DNA from: Oikopleura dioica
Lineage: Eukaryota > Animalia > Chordata
Reading direction: 5' to 3'
Assembly: GCA_907165135.1 (NCBI GenBank)
Contig: OU015567.1
Span: 4,092,001 to 4,156,000 of the forward strand
Length of the DNA: 64,000 bases
The notes beneath the pieces were generated by a model, which was given only the letters and a program-made list of their open reading frames with translations, was not told where the DNA came from and did not search any database. The translations under genes were made by a program, and so were the position numbers. Positions 37,112-50,977 of this stretch are shown here, one piece after another (positions within the stretch are counted from its first letter, which is position 1; every line of letters starts with the position of its first letter).

Positions 37112-37943
37112 GTTTCCCCGTTTTTCACTTGATGGTTCGTAAAAAAACCCTTTTCCTGTAAATATTTTTTCTCGCATTTTTTTTCTTTTTCGGGTTCAGA
37201 AAAGTTCAACAAAAAATTTTCGCGCCTTGAAAAAATTATTTCGAGATTTAAAATTTTACAAGTCAAGATGGCGCCCTTATCAGCTCAATTTTTACTGATA
37301 AGAGAAATAAATTTAATTTTGAACTTGAACCCGTTGCTTCAGAAAAGGCTGAAGCAATTTCTTTCATTTTCAATTTCGTCTTTCTTTTTTTAACAAAGGG
37401 TTGAATAAAATTAACCCTTTGGAATTCAATCGTCCAATAAAATGGCAGATAGAAAATCTGGTTATCCATTTGCCGGACTTTTTCTTTGAAAACTGAGACA
37501 AGAAGCAAACTCACGAGGGCATTTTTCTGCCGATGTCATTTTTCATCAATTTTAGTCCTGTCAAGTCACGTGAGTGAAAATTCAAAAACTTCAAATCAAC
37601 TACAAATCCGCCCGGAATTCGGGAGAAGCCCAAAATCCGTTAAAAACCAGTCTTTTAACTGTCCGAAGCCAATTCAAAAAGCCCTCACGTGACCAAGACA
37701 GAAGCCATTTTTGGTGGAATAAGATATGACATCTGTTATGTACACAAATTCAAAAACCCAATAACTTAAATTTTGAACCAACAATTTTGCGATCATAGAT
37801 TCTTTCTCGGAAATATGCAATTTTGAACGTATTTAATTCTAGCGTAAAAGTAAAGAGCTTGGACTAATACTTTTTATGCTGTACGAATAAATAAAACAAA
37901 CATTCATCATCATATATTTTATTGAAAAGGAAATTGCCAAGAT

Positions 37944-39183
37944 TTAGTAGAACTCTTGTCGTTGAATTTCAGAAGTAGTGCGGATCATTTCTACGTTGAT
38001 GTTTTCTTCGTTTACAACTGGTCCTAAAACCGGTTTGAAAACAGAAAATCGGACCGAAACTCACACCATCGCTGACTTTTTGGTACTCCTCTTCATTTTC
38101 CTCTTCTTCCGGCCAGTGAGCAGAAATGACAAATAAGTAGCAAAGGGAACCAATAACGCCTAGATTTGAATTTAAGAAATCCTTATTTACGCATCATTTT
38201 TACCTCCAACAAGAGGAGCAACAAGTGGAATCCAGAAAAAGTGCCCAGAACCTGCGATAGCTTCGGTTCCGTACATGATCAGTGAGAAAAGTCGTGGGCC
38301 AAGATCTCGGGCAGGATTGATGGCTCCACCACCATTTGCTCCGTATGACAAACCTAGGAATATTGACTGTATAGAAAGATCTTTGAGAGCTCCTACCGAT
38401 TGTACAAGCAGCTAGGCCAATAAGAAGTGGGGCAGCTCCACCAGGATTGGCATTTCGGTTGTCAGTGACGCTGAAGATGACTTTGAGCGGTTCTTTTTTT
38501 TTGTCGAGATGGAATTATTTGTATTTTTATGTCAGAAGAGAGCCGGTCCTGTAATAAGGATCCAAGTACCAATAACCTGGTCAAAGAAAAGATTTCCAGC
38601 TGAAATCTCGAAATCTCCCGTCGGCCAAGTAGCGTAAAATCCGGTCAAATCATGCGAAGAAAGATTCTTGTTCGAGGTCAAATACTCTTCCTCGGCCTTG
38701 TATGCACCGTAAACGAAGAAACAACTTGAACGGTTATTTAGATACCAAATTTTTAATAGAATCTTACCTCAAAAACGCCCCCATGATCTGCGAAATCGAA
38801 TAAAGGAGAAACATAACGGCATTTTCTCCCGCTGTTTTTCCGAGTCTCCCCAACGTCGCCATCGCAATCGTCACTGCTGGATTCACATGTCCTCCAGAAA
38901 CACCGGCAGAGGCGTAGATTCCGAAAGCCACGGCCAAACCGTAGGCGAAGCAGACGGCGAAAATTCCTGTCTCTTTGTAAGCGCCTTCGTGGACAGCTCC
39001 GTTTCCGACGAGGCAAAGGATGAAGGTGCCGAAGAATTCAGCAAGACAGATGCGGATCATCGGATTTGAGATTCGGCATTTTTGTTTGATCAGCGCCTCT
39101 AGAAATAATCATCAAGATTTCAACCTTTCTTCGAGTTCCAAGAATAAAAAATTTTCTATAAGAAAAATTTTACCAAATGACAT
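37944..39183 (-). CDS. Aquaglyceroporin (AQP3/7/9/10-like), copy 1
   Basis: MSF/EALIKQKCRISNPMIRICLAEFFGTF, SGGHVNPAVT, GAINPARDLGPRLF (NPARD glyceroporin signature), FWIPLVAPLVG. GA-AG intron at 38481-38548. Confidence 0.92.
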
Positions 39184-39832
39184 CTTCTCTAGAATAAAAT
39201 GAAATTTGGACGGAAATATTCCCGGCATAGAGAATTGAGGTCATCAAGTTTATTATTTTGTAAAGTGCATTCGAAAGTGGAGCCAAATACTGGCATGAAA
39301 TAAATGGTATGCAGCGTGGAATTCAAAAAGCAAATAAAAAAATGCGAATAGCTCCTCTCCCATATTGGCATATTTTAAGTTCAACCTTCGTTTTTGTTCG
39401 AAAACTAACAATAATTGAGCAAGTGCGGGAGCGCAAAAGATGACGCCATGGAACGGCGTAACATTGATTGACCGAGCGGGTGCGACAAGCGTTACATACC
39501 AAGACATAAACAGATTGCCCTTATCCTTTAACGGACTTCGAGCTCAGCAGCCCGAGGAGATATCAACACCAGCTGCATTTTATTTTCATTAATCGCGCTT
39601 GTTATGACACCTCATTCTTCTAGTCTTCTCGTCAACGATTGAGAAGAAGAAGCCCTAACTTGGCATTTTCTTCTCAAGAAAAAACGAAGAACGACACTTT
39701 TTTCTATCATTTTAGCTTGATAAAGTGCGCTTCAAAAATTCTGACCGCTGTTTAAATCATCAAAAATCAATGCTGCTAATGGATGTTGATCTCCGCGAAT
39801 TCTTCATTTTTCAAAACTTTAGTTGAGAGTAA

Positions 39833-40530
39833 ATGTGGCCGCAAGATGATGATCCGATAGTAAGACTAGTTTTCTTGTATTTTTATATCTATTGATTCAG
39901 TCGCTCTGGTATCTTCTGTATTTGACAGTGCTTGGGCTTCTGTACATCTCGTCCTATCTCATGTTTCTTATCATCAGAGCAGCTTGTGGATACGAATTCG
40001 AGGTGCTGTCCATGTCTTCTTCTTTTCGAGAAGATTTGCTGGAGAAGAAAAAGAAAATTATCATTTCTGTCAAAAAATAAAATTATTTTTTTTTCTACCA
40101 AAATGACGAATTTTCAAAATTTTGAAAGAGATCTTCAATTTATGTAAGAGACTAAAGCTTAGATCTCTGACTCTAAGGTTGTTTAGTTGTCGAAAATCCT
40201 TTCTTCCGGAAACATCCGAACTCGACATCAATCCTTGTCTGAACATGACATTGGACGGGCCTTACGATTTTAGGTGAGCAAGTTTTTTAAACCCCGCATT
40301 CTTGAAATTTTAAGCTGCTGGGATCTCAACTTCGAGGAATGTTTGGCATATGTAAGTTCCGAATTCACGGCGATCTAAGCTGATAAAGAGACAAATAAAA
40401 TTTTCAGACCCTTGTTGCGATCCTCTTTGTTTTCAACATCGCCCTGATCGCCCGTTGCATTAAAATAACCGTCGATCCTTATGCCAACGGGTTTTTCACC
40501 TTCAGTAAACAGAATCAAAGGTCACATTGA
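39833..40530 (+). CDS. Orphan two-transmembrane protein, copy 1, C-terminally chimeric
   Basis: MWPQDDDPI/SLWYLLYLTVLGLLYISSYLMFLIIRAACG...CWDLNFEECLAY/TLVAILFVFNIALIARCIKITVDPYANGFFT, then FSKQNQRSH stop from the duplication junction. One internal exon junction is unresolved. Confidence 0.5.
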
Positions 40531-41362
40531 GCGCGAGATCAGGATCAAGCTCATCTCCGGATAAGACCTTAAAGTGAAGATAAAGACGACCAAAAATAAA
40601 ATTTGATGAAACTACGCCATAGACGGTAATCAGGGGCGTAGAATCCGAATCTTTGGTCGAAAAAGACTTTTAATGTCAAATGAGCCAAGGGCAGGAATCT
40701 TTACAACAATTACTGCCCTTTTTCTGCCTTCTGTTTGAGTCTTTAGCTGCAAGTTATATGTCGCAACTGTCTTTTTAATTTTCAAATCGGAAGCAATTAA
40801 GATTGACAAACTTTTATCAAGCAGCTGATAGAACAAATAACTAATTAAGGAAAAGATTTAATAAAAGAACTTCAAAAAATGACGCTCAGGATCCAGAAAA
40901 TACTAGATAACCAAGGGCAGTAATCTTTACAACAAATACTGCTCTCATAAGAAATGAGCCTCTCCGGAACTAGGAAATACTTTCAGAAATTAAGGGCAGT
41001 AATTGTTCTAAAGATTACTGCCCGTGGCTTATTTGTCATTAAAAGTCTTTTTCGATCAAAGATTCGGATTCTACGCCCCTGATTACCCTATTGGGCGTAG
41101 TTTCATCAAATTCTATTTTTCGGTCATCTATATCTTCATTTTTAGGGCTGATCCGAGGATGAGCTTGATCCTAATCTCGGGCTCAATGTGACCCTTGATT
41201 CTGTTTACTCAAGGTCTCACACCGAGACTTGCTCCAAACTTGGCCCCGAACTGGACTCTGCAGGAGTTCGCATCGGCGGCGTGGTCCCTTGCATCTATTG
41301 ACTCTCGGCTTGACACCTTCTGTGCCTTAGCCCCACGTGCGGAGTGGGCCAACTCAATCCGT
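40498..41362. mobile_element. Left-truncated copy of the 36099-37111 fold-back element
   Basis: Starts mid-arm exactly at the duplication junction. Otherwise near-identical. Confidence 0.8.
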
Positions 41363-42193
41363 GTTTCCCCGTTTTTCACTTGATGGTTCGTAAAAAAACC
41401 CTTTTCCTGTAAATATTTTTTCTCGCATTTTTTTTCTTTTTCGGGTTCAGAAAAGTTCAACAAAAAATTTTCGCGCCTTGAAAAAATTATTTCGAGATTT
41501 AAAATTTTACAAGTCAAGATGGCGCCCTTATCAGCTCAATTTTTACTGATAAGAGAAATAAATTTAATTTTGAACTTGAACCCGTTGCTTCAGAAAAGGC
41601 TGAAGCAATTTCTTTCATTTTCAATTTCGTCTTTCTTTTTTTAACAAAGGGTTGAATAAAATTAACCCTTTGGAATTCAATCGTCCAATAAAATGGCAGA
41701 TAGAAAATCTGGTTATCCATTTGCCGGACTTTTTCTTTGAAAACTGAGACAAGAAGCAAACTCACGAGGGCATTTTTCTGCCGATGTCATTTTTCATCAA
41801 TTTTAGTCCTGTCAAGTCACGTGAGTGAAAATTCAAAAACTTCAAATCAACTACAAATCCGCCCGGAATTCGGGAGAAGCCCAAAATCCGTTAAAAACCA
41901 GTCTTTTAACTGTCCGAAGCCAATTCAAAAGCCCTCACGTGACCAAGACAGAAGCCATTTTTGGTGGAATAAGATATGACATCTGTTATGTACACAAATT
42001 CAAAAACCCAATAACTTAAATTTTGAACCAACAATTTTGCGATCATAGATTCTTTCTCGGAAATATGCAATTTTGAACGTATTTAATTCTAGCGTAAAAG
42101 TAAAGAGCTTGGACTAATACTTTTTATGCTGTACGAATAAATAAAACAAACATTCATCATCATATATTTTATTGAAAAGGAAATTGCCAAGAT

Positions 42194-43431
42194 TTAGTAG
42201 AACTCTTGTCGTTGAATTTCAGAAGTAGTGCGGATCATTTCTACGTTGATGTTTTCTTCGTTTACAACTGGTCCTAAAACCGGTTTGAAAACAGAAAATC
42301 GGACCGAAACTCACACCATCGCTGACTTTTTGGTACTCCTCTTCATTTTCCTCTTCTTCCGGCCAGTGAGCAGAAATGACAAATAAGTAGCAAAGGGAAC
42401 CAATAACGCCTAGATTTGAATTTAAGAAATCCTTATTTACGCATCATTTTTACCTCCAACAAGAGGAGCAACAAGTGGAATCCAGAAAAAGTGCCCAGAA
42501 CCTGCGATAGCTTCGGTTCCGTACATGATCAGTGAGAAAAGTCGTGGGCCAAGATCTCGGGCAGGATTGATGGCTCCACCACCATTTGCTCCGTATGACA
42601 AACCTAGGAATATTGACTGTATAGAAAGATCTTTGAGAGCTCCTACCGATTGTACAAGCAGCTAGGCCAATAAGAAGTGGGGCAGCTCCACCAGGATTGG
42701 CATTTCGGTTGTCAGTGACGCTGAAGATGACTTTGAGCGGTTCTTTTTTTGTCGAGATGGAATTATTTGTATTTTTATGTCAGAAGAGAGCCGGTCCTGT
42801 AATAAGGATCCAAGTACCAATAACCTGGTCAAAGAAAAGATTTCCAGCTGAAATCTCGAAATCTCCCGTCGGCCAAGTAGCGTAAAATCCGGTCAAATCA
42901 TGCGAAGAAAGATTCTTGTTCGAGGTCAAATACTCTTCCTCGGCCTTGTATGCACCGTAAACGAAGAAACAACTTGAACGGTTATTTAGATACCAAATTT
43001 TTAATAGAATCTTACCTCAAAAACGCCCCCATGATCTGCGAAATCGAATAAAGGAGAAACATAACGGCATTTTCTCCCGCTGTTTTTCCGAGTCTCCCCA
43101 ACGTCGCCATCGCAATCGTCACTGCTGGATTCACATGTCCTCCAGAAACACCGGCAGAGGCGTAGATTCCGAAAGCCACGGCCAAACCGTAGGCGAAGCA
43201 GACGGCGAAAATTCCTGTCTCTTTGTAAGCGCCTTCGTGGACAGCTCCGTTTCCGACGAGGCAAAGGATGAAGGTGCCGAAGAATTCAGCAAGACAGATG
43301 CGGATCATCGGATTTGAGATTCGGCATTTTTGTTTGATCAGCGCCTCTAGAAATAATCATCAAGATTTCAACCTTTCTTCGAGTTCCAAGAATAAAAAAT
43401 TTTCTATAAGAAAAATTTTACCAAATGACAT
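42194..43431 (-). CDS. Aquaglyceroporin, copy 2
   Basis: No coding difference from copy 1 noticed. Its GA-AG intron (42731-42796) is 2 nt shorter. Confidence 0.9.
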
Positions 43432-44080
43432 CTTCTCTAGAATAAAATGAAATTTGGACGGAAATATTCCCGGCATAGAGAATTGAGGTCATCAAGTTTA
43501 TTATTTTGTAAAGTGCATTCGAAAGTGGAGCCAAATACTGGCATGAAATAAATGGTATGCAGCGTGGAATTCAAAAAGCAAATAAAAAAATGCGAATAGC
43601 TCCTCTCCCATATTGGCATATTTTAAGTTCAACCTTCGTTTTTGTTCGAAAACTAACAATAATTGAGCAAGTGCGGGAGCGCAAAAGATGACGCCATGGA
43701 ACGGCGTAACATTGATTGACCGAGCGGGTGCGACAAGCGTTACATACCAAGACATAAACAGATTGCCCTTATCCTTTAACGGACTTCGAGCTCAGCAGCC
43801 CGAGGAGATATCAACACCAGCTGCATTTTATTTTCATTAATCGCGCTTGTTATGACACCTCATTCTTCTAGTCTTCTCGTCAACGATTGAGAAGAAGAAG
43901 CCCTAACTTGGCATTTTCTTCTCAAGAAAAAACGAAGAACGACACTTTTTTCTATCATTTTAGCTTGATAAAGTGCGCTTCAAAAATTCTGACCGCTGTT
44001 TAAATCATCAAAAATCAATGCTGCTAATGGATGTTGATCTCCGCGAATTCTTCATTTTTCAAAACTTTAGTTGAGAGTAA

Positions 44081-44862
44081 ATGTGGCCGCAAGATGATGA
44101 TCCGATAGTAAGACTAGTTTTCTTGTATTTTTATATCTATTGATTCAGTCGCTCTGGTATCTTCTGTATTTGACAGTGCTTGGGCTTCTGTGCATCTCGT
44201 CCTATCTCATGTTTCTTATCATCAGAGCAGCTTGTGGATACGAATTCGAGGTGCTGTCCATGTCTTCTTCTTTTCGAGAAGATTTGCTGGAGAAGAAAAA
44301 GAAAATTATCATTTCTGTCAAAAAATAAAATTATTTTTTTTTCTACCAAAATGACGAATTTTCAAAATTTTGAAAGAGATCTTCAATTTATGTAAGAGAC
44401 TAAAGCTTAGATCTCTGACTCTAAGGTTGTTTAGTTGTCGAAAATCCTTTCTTCCGGAAACATCCGAACTCGACATCAATCCTTGTCTGAACATGACATT
44501 GGACGGGCCTTACGATTTTAGGTGAGCAAGTTTTTTAAACCCCGCATTCTTGAAATTTTAAGCTGCTGGGATCTCAACTTCGAGGAATGTTTGGCATATG
44601 TAAGTTCCGAATTCACGGCGATCTAAGCTGATAAAGAGACAAATAAAATTTTCAGACCCTTGTTGCGATCCTCTTTGTTTTCAACATCGCCCTGATCGCC
44701 CGTTGCATTAAAATAACCGTCGATCCTTATGCCAACGGGTTTTTCACCTTGCAAAATTCAATTAAATTAAACACAAGGAAAACCACGGAAAAAGGCTCAA
44801 TTCACGATTACATCGGCGTCGGAAGCTACACATCCGTCACTCCACTCCAACGTTATGCATAA
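44081..44862 (+). CDS. Orphan two-transmembrane protein, copy 2, full length
   Basis: As copy 1 but continues ...GFFTLQNSIKLNTRKTTEKGSIHDYIGVGSYTSVTPLQRYA stop. Confidence 0.5.
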
Positions 44863-45000
44863 GACACTCTTATCTTTCCGAATAAAATGATGAGAATTTA
44901 ATTTATTTATTAACAGAATTCGGACAAATGAAAAGTTGAAATCGTGAAGAATCGCAGGTATGAGGTCAGTGACGGTGGAGGAATATTTTTTCTTGAAAAT

Positions 45001-48000
45001 CTAGCGCGATTTTCCGAAGGTTTTCAAATCTGCTACGGTGTCGGAATGCGGACTTATTTCGCTTTTTTCGCTGAAATTTTTTGATGAAAGATGGTTTTTA
45101 AAAAGATGCTTTACCTTTCCCTATTGCTTTCGCGGCCATATAGACCAATAAAGGAGCCATTTTCTTAGAAGAAAATGTTAAAAAAGTCTCTTTTCAAAGT
45201 TTTTCTTCATGAAAAAACACGATTCTTGAAGAGTACCTGTATAATGTCTTGTAACACCACCTTCCGCACCAAATCCCGTGATTGAATCCGACTCCGAAGA
45301 TACTTTTCTCAATTCGCTGTTTCCATATCCCGCTGAGTTCTTATCAGAGCTAAAATTTTTTGATAAGAAAATTTCTTCCGCTGAAAAATTGTTTAGAATT
45401 TTGACTTTGACTTTGACTACAAAAGTTAAAGCGTGTTAAAATGCTGAAAAGGTGCTCCATATTCTAGATTTTGTCTACATCTTCAAGTTGTGCGAATGGT
45501 TAGAGTTCTAGCCCAAAAGAAGTCTTTTGGCTTCTACGGAAAAATAAACCTGTAATCGCGCGCAGACTCGGTTTGAGAATTACTGCGGCTTACGCGATTC
45601 GAGTAAATCATTGGTAAGTCCTTGTTGTTGGCCCGGTAGCGCCCGAAGCTGATTTTTGTCAAGAAGATTTGATAAAAAGGGAGTTACCGAGGAGAATGAG
45701 GATGGAGGAGGTTCCGGTCTTCGATGTTTTGTTCAGGGTCGTCGATGATGAGTTCTTGCTTTGTTTGCACTGAATATATGAGCTATTCGAAAAAATTTTC
45801 AGAAAATACCATAAAAACGAAGTTTATTATATCTATTAAAAAAAATTGCGCATTATCGTCGATAATTTATCGACAATAAAGACATTTCATATTTCTGGAC
45901 TCCTTGTCGGTTCAAACGATCTCGTACCTGGATATTTTCCTGACTTATTATGCTGGACAAAGCAGACAATGATGATCAAAAGCAGAGTCCCACCGGTACC
46001 GACGAGGACTGCAACAAACCACAAGTTTGTTTCAAGATTCGGTCCATCTTAAAAAATTTTAGAAATCTCATTGCTAAAGACCTAAACTCATACCTTCAGT
46101 AGAGAACTCAGCAGTAGTGTTTTCAGAGTTTCCATATTTATTCGAAGCCATTATGACAAGAGTGTAGTTTTCTCCTGGTGGAAGCCTAAAATTTCCCTGT
46201 CATGTTTTTTGTAAAAAATTTGAATCTTACCCGTCTAAAAGGAAACCAGGTCGTTTTCGATGGGTCACTGTCTCTTTGCTCCAGCCAACTCCTTGGTCCG
46301 AATTCCGATTTCGATACTGAAAGAAAGATGATTTTATTTATTTTCTGCCGATAATTCTGATTTTCGCTTTGACAGATCTCCTTTTTTATGCACAGAGTTC
46401 TAAGCAAAAAAGCCATCATTAGCCGCAAAAACGACTTTCGCATCGATTGCCACCGGCAATTTTTAATTAAGTTGCAACTTCCAACTCTTGCTTATGCTTT
46501 AACGCTTACCAGAATCGTGTAGTTGTTTGGCTTGATGTAGGGAGTCTGCTCGTTTTCTTCGTAAGACCATGTGATGTTGACTCCGCCAGTGGTTTGGGCT
46601 ATGGATACATCTGTAGGAGCAGTTGGGCGGGCCTCAGCGATCGAAATGGTTGAAACTGAAATAACGCCAGGAACCTCGCCTTGCCCAGCGCTTGTTTTGG
46701 CATATAGTTTGATGTCATATTTATGATTTGGCTTCAAGTTTGCTACGTCCATTCTTGACTTGCTGTATCCAGCTGATTCCTGAGCGACGGTATGATAATT
46801 TTGACTGCCAGGATTGTCGATTGGGAGACCATCGGCTTGGTAGATGTATGCGGTTATTTGGCCATTTGGATTTTTTGGCTGTTTCCAGACAATATTTACC
46901 TGAAAATTATTAATTTCGATTATAGAACCAAGAGTTTTACCTTGTCTGGCCAAACCGACATGACCTGCAAATCCACTGGCGGCCCTGGTCTATCTTCCAA
47001 GGTCTCTTTGTCAACAAAATTCGAAAACGGCCCGACTCCAGCGCTATTGACAGCAGCAACTTTCATCCGATATTTCTTCGCTGGCTTCAAGTTGTCCAAC
47101 CTCAGACTCTCTGATTTGGCTCTGACTTCATTTTCCGACCCGACCATGTTGTTTTCATCATCGTCGGATTCTTTGTATTTGACGATGTATTCGACGATTT
47201 TTCCATTGGCCTTTGATTGTTGGAGAGCGTTCCATTTGAGCTCCAAGAACGTTTTTCCTCTGGAATCGACAGAAAGTCCAGTTGGAGCGGAGGAAGGAAG
47301 ATCTTCGCCAGAAAAGAAAAATTGGCACTGCGGCCGGGGTCCGACTCCCTCGCTGTTTTTACTGCGAATTCTGAGACTGTACCGCTGATATGGTTTTGAG
47401 ACACCAGAGATGGCAAACTCCAAATTTGGGGAAGCAAAAGTCTCCGTTTTCCAACTCAGCCCATTTTCGCAAATTTCGCAATTATCTGGATTTGGCTGGG
47501 CGCAGTATTCGAGAACATATTGAAAATCAGGGCCGTTGTAGTTTTCAGGAGGAATGGCATTCCACTTGATAATGAGCTCTTTTGGGGCCTGTTGCGATGG
47601 GAGATTGAAGGTTGGGTTGATGCTTGGCGGTTTCGGCTTTGTCCGAATTTGACTTGAGCCGGCGTCATCGGGCATTGAAGGGGAGGAAGAGCCGACAGGG
47701 TTGTGCGCTTTGACTCTGACTTCATAAAGGGTGAAAGGGACGAGCCCGCTTGAGATAAATATTTTTGTTTCTTCATCTCGCTGCCTTTATGCTTTTCCTC
47801 CTTCATCTTTTCCCAGTTTCTCAAAGTCTTTCCATCTTCCGCAATTTTCGCAAACTCCACGGTATATTTATTGATTTCCGCATAATTATTGAATCCTGGT
47901 TCGAGAGAAACTTCCACCCCTTTGTCAATATTTTTGACATTGATATTCATCGGCGGTTCTGGCGCTCCTTGGACGACGACTTCAACTGTTCCTTCTGCCT

Positions 48001-50977
48001 CGTCATATTGTGTTTTGATTCTGACTGTATATTCTCCTCTGTCGGCAAAGTCAGTTCTGTTGATGACATAATTGCTTTGAGGTTTGTATCCGCTTCGGCT
48101 GGCAAGGGTTGAACCTTTCTTTGTCCAGGTGATTACGTAATCGCTGATTTGACTGTCTGTGTCAATTTTTGGCTTGAGTTCGAGCTTATCGCCCTTGTTG
48201 ATTGAAATCTTTTTGCGAATGGAAATCGACGAGCTTTTGAGCTTTTTGACGTTGAAATAAATTTCTCCCGACCCAAGGTCATTTTTCCCGGTACAACTGT
48301 AGTCGAGAACATTTTTAACATTTTCAACAATGCAAATTTTCTTTCCAGCACATGAACTTGGCGCATTGTTCCAGGAGAATTCGGGTTCTGGAAAGCCGAA
48401 TAAGGAGCAGTCCATTGTCAATTGACGGCCCTCCACGACATAGACAGTTTGACGGGAGGAGGATGAGCTTGAGTCCGATGAGAGTCGAGGGGCTTGTTCT
48501 GAATTTTTGATGAAAGATGAGGGTATTTTTTTCTATTCTTACCAATGATAAGAACTCTCACAGCTGTTGCAATGTTTCCAATTGAGTTTTCCGCCTCGCA
48601 TTGATACGTCGCCGAATCGGTCTGTTTAGCTGCTTTTACTGATAATACACTTGTGGTTCCAGAAACTGTTATTTCTCCATCTTCAGATCTGAGCTCTTCT
48701 CCATTTTTCTTCCATTTGATCGAGGGCATCGGGTTTCCTGATATTTGACACTCGAGGTCGACTTTGTTGTCTCGCTGCGGATAGACGATTCGGTCCTGAG
48801 GAGTTTTGACAAAATTGGGCGCTTCTTTGATTGACATTTCGAAGTCTTTTACATCCAGCCCGGCTTTGTTTTTCGCTAGACATCTATAAGTTCCGCCCAT
48901 TTCAGTCGTAACGGATTCAACGACAAGGGAGGAGTTTCTCTCCAAGAACTCCATTCCCGATGGAAATTGCTGCTCTTTTCCATCTTTCATGTACTTCCAC
49001 TGAATATCGGGAGTCGGTTGTCCGGAAGAACCGCACTCGAGCCTCATTGATGCGCCGATTTTGATGCTTCGAGATACTCTCTTTTCGTCGTTGTTTGCAA
49101 AAATCTTCGGCGCGCGATTTCGAATGTTTTTTGGATCCCCAGTGACGCTGATGTAGTAACTGTCCCCGGCGTAGAAGTTCTCGGGAAATTGAGGATCGTG
49201 GCCCATGCATCGGATGCTCAAATCGTTGTCTTTTGAGATCATGTTGGAGAAGAACAGGATATCTCCATGGTTGAGAGCTGTTAATCGTCGCATTGCACGA
49301 ACAGGGATTGTGGAGAAGTTGCCATAATTCCAGACTCGGATGACTATGACTTGGCTCAAAAAGAAAGCGATTAACAAGTAATAAGGATCCCGTCAACTGA
49401 AGAACCCTTATTAGATTTTTATGAGCCCAGTTCCTTCAGAACCAGATGGAAGGGGTGCATTGCAATTAATATTGAGCGAGTCGCCAAGTTCAACAGTGAG
49501 GCGCTTTTGTGGAGCTGTTTGCCCGGTTTTGCGGAATGGGAGCTTGACTCGAATGGGTTCGCCAAAATCGGATCCGTAGTCGTTCTTGACTGTGCAGATG
49601 TAATCGCCGCCAAGTCGACCGGGGGCTTCGGGGTCATATGAGACAGTGTAGAAATCTAAATACGGATGAGTGGGAAAATTTGACATTTTTGAAAAGAAAG
49701 CTTTTTCGACTTCAATAGTAGTCATCGAATTTCAATAATCCACGAGCTCAAAATCACCAGAGCGAGGGATAAATTGAAAACAAAAAGCCATCAAGGGCAA
49801 GAAAGCGTCTTCCCTTGGCATTGGTTTGACATGGGCAGATGTGCCGGGTGACATGGGTGAATGATAAATTGCACCGAAGCGGCTCACCTTGACTCGCGAT
49901 GTTTAAAGACCCGTTCCGATCGATGCTGAAGCTTCCGTCTTCTGCCACCGAGGATCCGTCCTTTGTCCAGCTCACTTCTTTTCCCTATTTTTTGGCGTCG
50001 AGAATTTCAATTATAAATTGGATATGCAAATAAAATCTTAATTAACCCTTGAAAAGTATCCAAAAATCAAGTTATCCGGACCAATGAGTGCACTTATTAC
50101 ATGAATAAACCAAAAACCCGCCCGAGTTGTACTTTCTTTGATAGGTATCGAGCCCGATAGCTGGACAGAAATTGGCAGGCGAGCGGATTTAGAGATTAAA
50201 AATGCATGAAAATTGCTCATTTACGCCAGAACACATATGCGACGCGTTATTGCGCACGGCCATTGATTTATCAGCGCAGCGAGGCACGTGATTTTCCGCC
50301 GGCAATTCAAATTTGCAAATTTGCAAATTTTGAATTTTTGTTTTCAGAATTTTATTGATTTCTTCCCTTGGCTAAGTGATATTTAAATTTCCCCACGGGT
50401 TATAACTTAAATAACTTATTTGCGGCCCGCCTGTTTGATGACGGGTTAATATTTAAAGTTAAACTAATCGGTAATCAATTTTTGAGCTGAGCAACCTTTT
50501 TTGCAAATTTTAATCAAGCTCGATTATGATTAAAATCTGAATGGCCCAAAACATCAAAAAGGGATGACAATAAGGATAACTGTCATCAGTTCTTCAACGC
50601 CATTCCTGAGAGCTGGCACTGTGTTCACATGGGAGGATAAGTGGTCTTCCTGGTTCAAGGTTCTCAATATTAATAATTAAAATTGACAGCTTGTCATTAC
50701 TGGAGATTAAGGCACGCCTTAATAATTCGCTTCGATCTTGATTAACTTGTAAATTTTTAAGGCGGGATCAATCTTACGCCCTATTTTTAAAGATGAAATT
50801 AGAACAAGTTTCCCAACAGAATCTTATCAAAAAAGAACCTATGCCTTGAACCATGGGAAAAACTCTTCCGGGAATTCTCTCAATCTTCGGCGGTTTCGCT
50901 ACCCATTCCGGCAGATCTTCCATTTTTAGCGCCTCTATTTTTGCGATCATCCAAAATGTCCAAATTTTCCATTTCAT
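45001..50977 (-). CDS. L1CAM: L1-family cell adhesion molecule (6 Ig, 5 FnIII, TM, cytoplasmic tail)
   Basis: Signal exon at 50977, Ig motifs (GDILFFSNM, LECGSSGQPTPDIQW, CQISGNPMPSIKW), five FnIII, TM LWFVAVLVGTGGTLLLIIIVCFVQHNKSGKYPV, tail SESDSITGFG...ENGSFIGLY. Apparent 1-nt deletion near 47755. The specific vertebrate paralogue cannot be assigned. Confidence 0.88.

Larger units (their letters stand above)
36246..44750. repeat. Direct tandem duplication of about 4.25 kb (36246-40497 and 40498-44750)
   Basis: Periods 4252 and 4248 bp. Differences I noticed are three homopolymer indels (total 4 nt) and one substitution (A39944/G44192). ACCTT microhomology at 36246, 40498 and 44746. Confidence 0.95.
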
